A stretch of 34,101 nt of DNA, taken from NCBI GenBank assembly GCA_021163705.1, contig JAGGTO010000138.1, forward strand, positions 1 through 34,101. Direction: 5' to 3'. Positions within the stretch are counted from its first letter, which is position 1; each line of letters starts with the position of its first letter. A program made the translations under genes and the position numbers. Source of the DNA: Thermoplasmata archaeon (GTDB lineage: Archaea; Thermoplasmatota; Thermoplasmata; Thermoplasmatales; Aciduliprofundaceae). The notes beneath the pieces were generated by a model. It had not been told where the DNA came from and did not search any database. It saw only the letters and a list, made by a program, of their open reading frames with translations. Of this stretch, positions 19,590 to 26,614 are shown in pieces.

Positions 19590-21329
19590 TTAAAATTCTT
19601 CGGCAGGACATTTTCCCAGACAATCCAGACAATGAATGCATTTCTCCACAAGAATTTTTATCCTTCCCTTCTCCAAAATAAGTGCATCGGTGGGGCATCG
19701 AGCGAGACATATACCACATCCAACGCATTCCTGTGAGCGTATGAGCAGTGATTTGGCATCACTTTCAAAATCCTCTAAAATTTCAAAATCTTTATCGGCT
19801 TTCCATGTACCTGGAGGAAGCGCATTGAGAAGATTTGCAGCTCTCTCTCTATCAATCTCCTTATTGAATTTTACCCTTTTCCATTCATCTCCCTCGAAAC
19901 TTATTTCCAGTTTTTCTCTTCTCACCCGTATACCGCCTGCCCATTTTGGTGGCTCTCTCCATCTCCAGGATGACTCTGCCCATTCTTCGGGCACATTTTT
20001 CTCCCGAGCGTACCTGCGAAGATACTCAAGCCATCTTTTGATACCATCAAAATACTGGGCAACTATGTGAAAATCTGCAAGATCGGATGATGGACAAAGA
20101 TAGCAACCTAATCTTGTTAATCCTCGAATGTACCAGGGATTTATGGGTGCTTTTTTCCAGAGAATATAGAGCCATACTTCCAGAGAGCTCCAGTTCTGGA
20201 TAGGGCTTGCAGATATCTGATTTGGAACCCATTCATTTTTCCAAATGCTACCCTTTCTCATCCTATCCATGCTTTCATATCTTCTCTGTCCAATTAGCGT
20301 GAGAAGTCCCCTGGGATATTTTTCAAGTATATACCTTGTGGTAGGTCCAAGTTTGCATGTCTTGCAGCACCACCTGTAATCTCTTCCGGGCGGTCCAAAA
20401 TGATTCAACGCCTCAAAAAAAGCATTGCCGGCATCTATCCTATCTATGTTTATCCCATAGATCTTTTCTATCGTGTTTACATACTCCACTGTTTCTGGAA
20501 ACTCTATTCCCGTGTTTAGAAAGAATGTGGAGAAGCTCTCCCCGCTTTCCAAGGCGAGAAGAAGAACTACCAGAGAATCTTTTCCTCCGCTGAAAGATAC
20601 TGCCATGGGTAAATCATATCTCTTCTTAACATCCCTTATGAACTTAACAGCCCTCTCCTCCAGTTTCTTTAGATGCTCCTCATTTGCCTCAATTATATCT
20701 TCAATTTTTGGCTCATTCTTATTCTCCCATGTGCCGTAGCCTTTGTACCTTATCTTTACGGCCATACCCCTTTTACTCTCTTCCATCTCCTCAGAGCTCA
20801 TCTTGGCTATACCCACAGCCACAGGCTCTCTTTTCTCATCCACAACAACTATCTCATCACCCCTCTTAATTCCTTCAGAAAAATCCAGAACTCCTGGCCT
20901 CATCAGGTTCCTTCCCTCCAGAATGAATGGTATAGCTCCATTATCAACGATGATCCATCCCCTCTTTATTTTTTTCCCCATTAAATAAGCACCATCCATC
21001 CGCAGGCTCATCTTGAAACCCTGTTTTGGCTCGTATCTGAGATTGCCAATAATTTTACCATCTATTATTATCTCATCCATTCTATCATAATGGGGGACCC
21101 TGTTGAACAGCACAATTTTTCTTGTAAGGGAGAAACCAAACTGCCTTTTCAGTGTATCCTTTAAAATATCCAGATCTCCCTGAAATCCTATTCTCACTTC
21201 TCCTGGCGGGGTTATATTTACCTTTCTTCCCCTTTTCCCGCATCTGCCACATTTATCTTGCAGGAGGGGCACATTGCATTTATCACACCAGTAAAGCTTT
21301 AGCCTTCCAAGATAAACTGGCTTACCCAT
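19590..21329 (-). CDS. Zn-ribbon / PUA / PAPS-reductase-like PP-loop / 2x[4Fe-4S] ferredoxin fusion protein (predicted RNA-modifying enzyme)
   Basis: 579 aa. The domains seen are an N-terminal CDKCNVPLLQDKCGRCG; a PUA-like segment (GVLDFSEGIKRGDEIVVVDEKREPVAVGIAKMS); the PP-loop AVSFSGGKDS plus a PAPS-reductase-type core (LIGQRRYES); and C-terminal CVGCGICLARCP and CIHCLDCLGKCP. Confidence 0.8.
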   Translation of the reverse strand: MGKPVYLGRLKLYWCDKCNVPLLQDKCGRCGKRGRKVNITPPGEVRIGFQGDLDILKDTLKRQFGFSLTRKIVLFNRVPHYDRMDEIIIDGKIIGNLRYEPKQGFKMSLRMDGAYLMGKKIKRGWIIVDNGAIPFILEGRNLMRPGVLDFSEGIKRGDEIVVVDEKREPVAVGIAKMSSEEMEESKRGMAVKIRYKGYGTWENKNEPKIEDIIEANEEHLKKLEERAVKFIRDVKKRYDLPMAVSFSGGKDSLVVLLLALESGESFSTFFLNTGIEFPETVEYVNTIEKIYGINIDRIDAGNAFFEALNHFGPPGRDYRWCCKTCKLGPTTRYILEKYPRGLLTLIGQRRYESMDRMRKGSIWKNEWVPNQISASPIQNWSSLEVWLYILWKKAPINPWYIRGLTRLGCYLCPSSDLADFHIVAQYFDGIKRWLEYLRRYAREKNVPEEWAESSWRWREPPKWAGGIRVRREKLEISFEGDEWKRVKFNKEIDRERAANLLNALPPGTWKADKDFEILEDFESDAKSLLIRSQECVGCGICLARCPTDALILEKGRIKILVEKCIHCLDCLGKCPAEEF

Positions 21330-21643
21330 TATACCACTATCTCCAGAACCTCCTTCCTGAGAATCTCCACACTATCTTCAATCTCCTTTAGGTTATCCGC
21401 TATTTTTAAAAGCTTGTCCCCTATGTCCCCATTTATCATTGCACCCTGCGGCGTTGCCACTATGAGTCCACAGTTCTCCAGGGAGGATAGAGAGTTTCTA
21501 ACCTCATGGAAATCTATTCTCAAAATTTTGGAGAGTCTAGTTATGCCGATGGGCTGGTTGTTTATCACCGCTTTGAGAACCCTTATATGTCTCGATAACA
21601 GCTCCACCTCATTGTAAAGCTTTCTAGTGAGCATTTTTCCCAC
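21329..21643 (-). CDS. Small winged-helix transcriptional regulator-like protein
   Basis: 104 aa. It has a wHTH-like core (IGITRLSKILRIDFHEVRNSLSSLENCGLIV) followed by a coiled C-terminal helix. Its stop overlaps the next start (TAATG at 21327-21331). TTTATATA (complement of 21666-21673) is centred about 26 nt upstream of the ATG. Confidence 0.6.
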   Translation of the reverse strand: MGKMLTRKLYNEVELLSRHIRVLKAVINNQPIGITRLSKILRIDFHEVRNSLSSLENCGLIVATPQGAMINGDIGDKLLKIADNLKEIEDSVEILRKEVLEIVV

Positions 21644-21685
21644 CCTTCGTATATTGCCTCATACCTATATAAATTTTGGAGGGAA

Positions 21686-21701
21686 AACTCATATATGAGT
21701 T
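21686..21701. promoter_or_regulatory. Perfect 16-bp palindrome AACTCATATATGAGTT between the divergent wHTH gene and the endonuclease IV gene
   Basis: The palindrome was verified base by base. It is centred about 25 nt upstream of the ATG at 21718, so it overlaps the expected TATA position of the endonuclease IV promoter. Confidence 0.45.
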
Positions 21702-21717
21702 ATTCAATGCATTTCAT

Positions 21718-22551
21718 ATGAACGCTCTTCACTTTGGTCCGGCAGGTGTACCTCTTTCCTCTCCCAAAAGGAGCACAATAGATGGAATAATGCATGTGAG
21801 AACTCTTGGATTGGATGCCATGGAGATGGAGTTTGTGAGAGGAGTGAAGATGGGCGAGAACATGGCGAAGGATGCTGGAAAGGTGGCCAGAGAGAATAAT
21901 GTTCTTCTCACAGCTCATGGACCTTACTTCATAAATTTGAATTCCGACGATAAGGGGAAGAGAGAGGCAAGTGTGAGGAGAATTTATCAAACTGCCAGAA
22001 TAACCTGGATTGCAGGGGGCTACTCCATAGTTTTCCATGCGGCATATTACGGTAAATTATCTCCCCAAAAAACCTACGAGAATGTGAAGGCGGAGCTAAA
22101 AACCTTACTTGGCATTCTTGAAGATGAGGGCATTGATATATGGATACGCCCGGAAACCACAGGAAAAAGATCTCAGTTTGGAACATTGGAAGAGATTGTG
22201 AAACTGAGCGAAGAACTACCTGGAATTTTACCATGCATAGATTTTGCACATCTCCATGCCAGAAGTTTAGGGAAATACAACACCTATGAGGAGTTTTATG
22301 AAATTTTGAGCTATGTGGAGGAACATCTAGGCAGGGAGGCTCTAGATAACATGCACATCCATGTTTCGGGGATAGAATATGGGAAAAAGGGAGAGATAAG
22401 GCATCTGAATTTAAAGGAATCTGATATGAATTATGAATCCCTGTTAAAGGTATGGAGAGAATTTGATATAAAAGGAGTGGTCATCTCAGAGAGCCCGAAT
22501 CTGGAAGAGGATGCCCTTCTCTTGAAAAAACTGTACGGAGATATTAAATAA
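21718..22551 (+). CDS. nfo: Endonuclease IV / AP endonuclease family 2 (xylose-isomerase-like TIM barrel)
   Basis: FGPAGVP lies near the N-terminus. Metal-ligand contexts are present: FHAAYY, IRPETTG, IDFAHLHA, MHIHVSGIEY and VISESP. The ORF track starts at a TTG (21676) that lies right next to the divergent TATA box. The first in-frame ATG is at 21718. Confidence 0.8.
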   Translation: MNALHFGPAGVPLSSPKRSTIDGIMHVRTLGLDAMEMEFVRGVKMGENMAKDAGKVARENNVLLTAHGPYFINLNSDDKGKREASVRRIYQTARITWIAGGYSIVFHAAYYGKLSPQKTYENVKAELKTLLGILEDEGIDIWIRPETTGKRSQFGTLEEIVKLSEELPGILPCIDFAHLHARSLGKYNTYEEFYEILSYVEEHLGREALDNMHIHVSGIEYGKKGEIRHLNLKESDMNYESLLKVWREFDIKGVVISESPNLEEDALLLKKLYGDIK

Positions 22552-22571
22552 AAGTAGGGAGATAGGGTAGC

Positions 22572-23180
22572 ATGAACAACAAAACTATCCTCGTGATAGC
22601 AGTTATTCTGGCATTCTCCACAGGATTTATATCATCCCAGATGATTGCAAGTATGCATCTCTCTTCTCCTCCGGTAATAAACGCAAATGGAACTCAGATT
22701 ATGGTGATAAACGATGATGAATATTATCCTGTGGTTATAAGGGAAATAAAAAATGCCAGTATTTCCATACACATCATAATGTATGAGATAAGGTGGTATG
22801 GTGATCCTCAGAATGATACTCATGAGGTCAGCAATCTTATGAGGGAGGTAATAAAAGCTCACGAAAGAGGTGTGGAGGTTAAGATAATCCTGGAGGATGG
22901 TAGCACATACGGTGAGCATGAGAATAAAGAGATTAAAGAGAGCAATGAGAACTGGAGCAAATATTTAGAGAGGAAGGGGATAGAGGTTAAGTTTGATAAG
23001 AGCGATGTCACCACTCATGATAAACTTGTGATAATTGATGAGTATGTGGTAATTCTCGGCTCAACAAATTGGAGCGAGTCCGCACTTAAATACAATCACG
23101 AGGCAGATGTTATGCTCAGAGGCAAAAAGGTGGCAGAGGAATACGAAGAATACTTTGAAACTCTCTGGAAGAGTTTTTGA
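22572..23180 (+). CDS. Single-HKD phospholipase D-family protein (Nuc/Zucchini-like) with an N-terminal TM anchor or signal
   Basis: 202 aa. A complete HxK(x)4D(x)6GSxN motif is present (HDKLVIIDEYVVILGSTNWS). The N-terminus is MNNKTILVIAVILAFSTGFISSQMIA. AGGGAG lies about 10 nt upstream. T-rich runs follow the stop. Confidence 0.85.
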   Translation: MNNKTILVIAVILAFSTGFISSQMIASMHLSSPPVINANGTQIMVINDDEYYPVVIREIKNASISIHIIMYEIRWYGDPQNDTHEVSNLMREVIKAHERGVEVKIILEDGSTYGEHENKEIKESNENWSKYLERKGIEVKFDKSDVTTHDKLVIIDEYVVILGSTNWSESALKYNHEADVMLRGKKVAEEYEEYFETLWKSF

Positions 23181-23199
23181 TTTTTATTAAATTTTTATA
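23171..23199 (+). terminator. Oligo-T tract after the PLD gene, overlapping the helicase TATA box
   Basis: The sequence gagTTTTTgaTTTTTattaaaTTTTTata contains three T5 runs, as used by archaeal RNA polymerase for termination. TTTTTATA (23192-23199) is centred about 25 nt upstream of the GTG at 23220. Confidence 0.4.
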
Positions 23200-23219
23200 C
23201 CTCAAGCACATCTCCTTCT

Positions 23220-25235
23220 GTGAAACTCCATTTCAAAGATTTTGAAGAGTATTATTCGTATTTCTCCCGCCTGATAGAGAGGGAAAGAAGGGAGGAGATA
23301 TCTCAGTGTCTTAATGAAATAAGGAGGATGAGTGGCAAAAAGAGGGAAAAATTGGGTAGGGCAATTCTTAACGTGAGGGGGAGCAGAGCAGGTAGGGGGC
23401 TTGGAGGCACATACCTTGTAAAATATTCCCGGGAAAATTTCCCCAAGACGGAGATATCTGTGGGGGATATTGTTTTAATTTCCAAGGGCAAGGTGGATGA
23501 GAAAAATCCCAAAGGAACTGTTTATCAGAAGGGGAAAAACTATATAGTGGTGGCCTTCAATGACAGGCCGTCAAGATATATTTATGGCAAGGGAATAAGG
23601 ATTGATCTCTATGTGAGTGATATAACCTTTAAAAGGATGAAGGATGCTTTAAAATATCTCTCCCAGAAGCAAGATCTTCTCCCCATAATTTTGGGAAGAG
23701 GGAAAATTGAAAAAGAGAAAATTGGCAGGATAAAATTTTTTAATGGGATGCTCAACGCCTCTCAGAGGAATGCTGTGATTAAAGCTCTTCAGGCGGAGAG
23801 AATATTTCTAATTCACGGACCTCCCGGAACAGGTAAAACTACCACCCTTGTGGAGGCAATTGTGCAGCATGTTCATTTTGGTCACAGGGTTCTTGCCACG
23901 GCAGATTCCAATGTGGCGGTGGATAACCTTGTGGACAATTTAAAAAATTTTGTAAATGTTGTTCGGGTAGGAAATCCAGCAAGAGTGACCAAATCTCTTC
24001 TTGAACATACACTGGATTACCTTGTTCAATTTGAGCCAGAGTATAAGAAGGCTCAAAAATTGTGGGATGAAATTGAAAAACTTGTGGAAGAGAGGGATAC
24101 ATACATAAGGCCAACCCAGCAGTGGAGAAGAGGACTGGGAGATGATGAAATATTATATCTTTCCAGAGCGAGAAGGAGTGTCAGGGGCATCCCTGTGGAT
24201 GTCATGGAGAGTATGGCTAAATGGATAAGGTTAGAGAAGAAAATTGAAGAGAAGGTGAAAAAAGCCAGAGAGCTTGAAGGTAAAGCTGTGGAAAAAATTT
24301 TGAAGAGGGCGGATGTTATATGTGCAACGAATTCCACAGCGGGAAGTGAAGTTCTAGAAAATTGCCAGTTTGATGTGATTTTTATAGATGAGGCAACTCA
24401 GAGCACGGAGCCATCCACGCTGATTCCCATCGTTAAGGGAAACAAGATAATTATGGCGGGAGATCATAAACAGCTTCCACCTACAGTTATGAGTTTTGAG
24501 GCCAGAGAGCTAACACATACTCTTTTTGAAAGGATGCATGAGGTATATGGTCATAAAATAGTGGAAATTCTGAATTTGCAGTACAGGATGAACGAGAGGA
24601 TAATGAACTTTTCAAACAGGGAATTTTATGGAGGAATCATTAAATCCCATGAGAGTGTTAAAAATATAACTCTGGAGGATCTTGATTTGAAGAAAATTAC
24701 CGTGAAAGGATGGATGGGCGAGGCTCTTGAAGCTCAGAATGTAATAGTTTTCATTGACACCTGCGGAAATATGCCTGAGAGGCAGAGGAGAGGATCCACA
24801 TCCTATGAAAATCCTGGAGAGGCAAAGATCGTAAAAGAGCTAATCATCAAGCTTTTTGAAATGGGAATGGATCCAGGGGATATTGGAGTAATCACACCCT
24901 ATGATGATCAGGTAGATTATCTTAGAGTGTGCCTCAATGAGGATTTACTGGAGATAAAATCTGTGGATGGTTTTCAGGGCAGAGAGAAGGAGGTGATACT
25001 CATCTCCTTTGTTCGCTCAAATAGTAGGGGGGATATAGGATTTCTGGAGGATTTGAGAAGGTTGAATGTCGCCATAACAAGGGCAAAAAGAAAGCTTATA
25101 ATGATTGGAGATGCATCCACGCTTTCAAAACATCCAACCTATGCAAGATTGATAAATTACACATCTCTCAACGGTAAAGTTTTAAGTTTATGTGATGATT
25201 TCAGGCATGATGAGCTTCAATCCCGAAGAATATGA
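23220..25235 (+). CDS. Superfamily 1 helicase, Upf1/IGHMBP2/Dna2-Nam7-like (COG1112-type)
   Basis: 671 aa. Motifs seen are motif I IHGPPGTGKTTTL, motif II VIFIDEATQ, then GDHKQLPPTV, LNLQYRMN, VDGFQGREKEVILISFVRSN and RRLNVAITRAKRKL. The N-terminus has a barrel-like domain (GDIVLISKG...GTVYQKGKNYIVVAF). It has a GTG start and is probably leaderless. Confidence 0.85.
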   Translation: MKLHFKDFEEYYSYFSRLIERERREEISQCLNEIRRMSGKKREKLGRAILNVRGSRAGRGLGGTYLVKYSRENFPKTEISVGDIVLISKGKVDEKNPKGTVYQKGKNYIVVAFNDRPSRYIYGKGIRIDLYVSDITFKRMKDALKYLSQKQDLLPIILGRGKIEKEKIGRIKFFNGMLNASQRNAVIKALQAERIFLIHGPPGTGKTTTLVEAIVQHVHFGHRVLATADSNVAVDNLVDNLKNFVNVVRVGNPARVTKSLLEHTLDYLVQFEPEYKKAQKLWDEIEKLVEERDTYIRPTQQWRRGLGDDEILYLSRARRSVRGIPVDVMESMAKWIRLEKKIEEKVKKARELEGKAVEKILKRADVICATNSTAGSEVLENCQFDVIFIDEATQSTEPSTLIPIVKGNKIIMAGDHKQLPPTVMSFEARELTHTLFERMHEVYGHKIVEILNLQYRMNERIMNFSNREFYGGIIKSHESVKNITLEDLDLKKITVKGWMGEALEAQNVIVFIDTCGNMPERQRRGSTSYENPGEAKIVKELIIKLFEMGMDPGDIGVITPYDDQVDYLRVCLNEDLLEIKSVDGFQGREKEVILISFVRSNSRGDIGFLEDLRRLNVAITRAKRKLIMIGDASTLSKHPTYARLINYTSLNGKVLSLCDDFRHDELQSRRI

Positions 25236-25827
25236 TTCGTGGTATGAAAGGCACAGGGATATATATGAGGCGGAGCTTAGAGCTCTTGAAGATATTGTAA
25301 AAAAGTATCCATCCCCGAAACTTGAAATAGGTGTGGGCACTGGAAGGTTTGCTTCAGTCCTGGGAATAGAGTATGGTGTGGATCCCGACGGAGAAATGCT
25401 TAAATTTGCCGAGAGGAGAGGAATAAAGGTTATCAAGGCCATGGGGGAAGATTTGCCATTTAGAGCAAATAAATTTTACCTTGTGTTGATTTCTACAACC
25501 CTGCCATTTTTCAAGGATGCAAAAAGGGTTGTGAGGGAAGCATATAGAGTTCTCAAGCCCCAGGGTGCCATTGTGATAGCTTTTATTCCAAGAGATTCCT
25601 ATTTTGGGAGGAAATACACCGAGATGGGCAAGGAAGGGGATGAGAGATTTCGAGATGCGCATTTTTACACTCTGGAAGAAGTTGAAAAGCTTCTTGAGAA
25701 TCTATTTTACATTACCAGGATGAGGAGCACCCTTATAGGGGAGGAAATCAGGCTAGAGGTGAAGGACGGCTATGATCCAGATGCAAGTTTTGTTGTTGTT
25801 GAGGGGGTTAAAATTCAAAATCTTTAA
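25207..25827 (+). CDS. Class I SAM-dependent methyltransferase (Methyltransf_11/UbiE-like, small-molecule type)
   Basis: Motif I is LEIGVGTGRFA and a post-I acidic residue is present. Further along are VLKPQGAIVIAF and the start MMSFNPEEYDSWY. Four in-frame ATGs lie between 25192 and 25210, so the start is uncertain. All of them overlap the helicase 3' end by at least 26 nt. Confidence 0.75.
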   Translation: MMSFNPEEYDSWYERHRDIYEAELRALEDIVKKYPSPKLEIGVGTGRFASVLGIEYGVDPDGEMLKFAERRGIKVIKAMGEDLPFRANKFYLVLISTTLPFFKDAKRVVREAYRVLKPQGAIVIAFIPRDSYFGRKYTEMGKEGDERFRDAHFYTLEEVEKLLENLFYITRMRSTLIGEEIRLEVKDGYDPDASFVVVEGVKIQNL

Positions 25828-25851
25828 TAATGATAAGAGCATCGCATCTCT

Positions 25852-26163
25852 ATGTTCTGTCCAAAATGTGGCTCTTTAATGCATCCAAAGGATGGAAAGT
25901 GGGTCTGTTCCAACTGTGGCTATGAGATGGAGATTGAAGATGAGGAGAGAAAGGAGATAAGAGAGGTGGCAAAAGAAAAAGAGATGATTGTGCTGGATTC
26001 TCAAGAAGAGCTAAAGGCCCTGCCTTACGATGAGAGTGTGATATGCCCAAAATGCGGGCATCAAGGTGCTCACTGGATGCTACAGCAAACAAGGGCTGCA
26101 GATGAGCCCGAAACTCGCTTTTACATATGTCCAAAATGTGGGCATAGGTGGAGGGAGTATTAA
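25852..26163 (+). CDS. tfs: Transcription factor S (TFIIS-type cleavage factor / RpoM-like)
   Basis: 103 aa. It has an N-terminal zinc ribbon (CPKCGSLM...CSNCG) and a C-terminal TFIIS ribbon with an acidic hairpin (CPKCGHQGAHWMLQQTRAADEPETRFYICPKCGHRW). TTTAATAA (25823-25830) is centred 26 nt upstream of the ATG, suggesting a leaderless transcript. Confidence 0.9.
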   Translation: MFCPKCGSLMHPKDGKWVCSNCGYEMEIEDEERKEIREVAKEKEMIVLDSQEELKALPYDESVICPKCGHQGAHWMLQQTRAADEPETRFYICPKCGHRWREY

Positions 26164-26164
26164 A

Positions 26165-26608
26165 TCAGGCATAGCCCACAACATCACTCTTCTTTTTAGT
26201 TTGTTTTTGCTGCATAAACTGGGCTGGTGGCGGAATTGGCGGGGGTAATCTAAGCTCCTTGGCTATCCAGACAGCTTCTATCACACAGTTATTTATTATG
26301 GTTGCATGAACCTCCTGTGCCACTTCATCAGGCATCCTGTGCTTTTTTCTCCATTCCTCGGCTATTTCTTTTGCATTCCCCTCATATATTAAGATCCCAT
26401 CCAGGGTTATTACACCTATGCCAGAGTAGGTGACAGTGAATTTGAAGGACATCTTCACCTTGTTCTCATCTTCATAGGATATTGAGAGTATGGTGCTATT
26501 ATTATCAATTCTTATCTCTCTAGGGGCATTTTCAGGCTCTATAAACCTCTTCGCCTCAATGCCATCAATTCTAAATAGCTTTATCATAGGATACCCTATG
26601 GTTTGCAT
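26165..26608 (-). CDS. Conserved-looking small protein of unknown function (tentatively SecB-like fold), co-transcribed with reverse gyrase
   Basis: 147 aa, starting 6 nt after the reverse gyrase stop. The pattern IKLFRIDGIEAKRFIEPENAP ... FKFTVTY ... ITLDGILIYEG ... helix ... LRLPPPIPPPAQF parallels the beta-sheet/helix layout and terminal motif of SecB. This is a by-eye resemblance only. Confidence 0.6.
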   Translation of the reverse strand: MQTIGYPMIKLFRIDGIEAKRFIEPENAPREIRIDNNSTILSISYEDENKVKMSFKFTVTYSGIGVITLDGILIYEGNAKEIAEEWRKKHRMPDEVAQEVHATIINNCVIEAVWIAKELRLPPPIPPPAQFMQQKQTKKKSDVVGYA

Positions 26609-26614
26609 CCTTAT

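Noticed and set aside
21676-21717. A TTG-initiated 14-codon N-terminal extension of the endonuclease IV ORF
   Set aside because: The TTG lies immediately beside the TATA box of the divergent promoter, and the extension would place a perfect 16-bp palindrome in coding sequence. The first in-frame ATG (21718) gives the family-typical start M..FGPAG.
22572-25827. A restriction-modification or BREX/DISARM-like reading of the PLD + helicase + methyltransferase cluster
   Set aside because: The methyltransferase has only the generic small-molecule-type SAM fold (Methyltransf_11-like) and lacks DPPY/NPPY or PCQ DNA-methyltransferase motifs. There is no specificity subunit or other hallmark gene.
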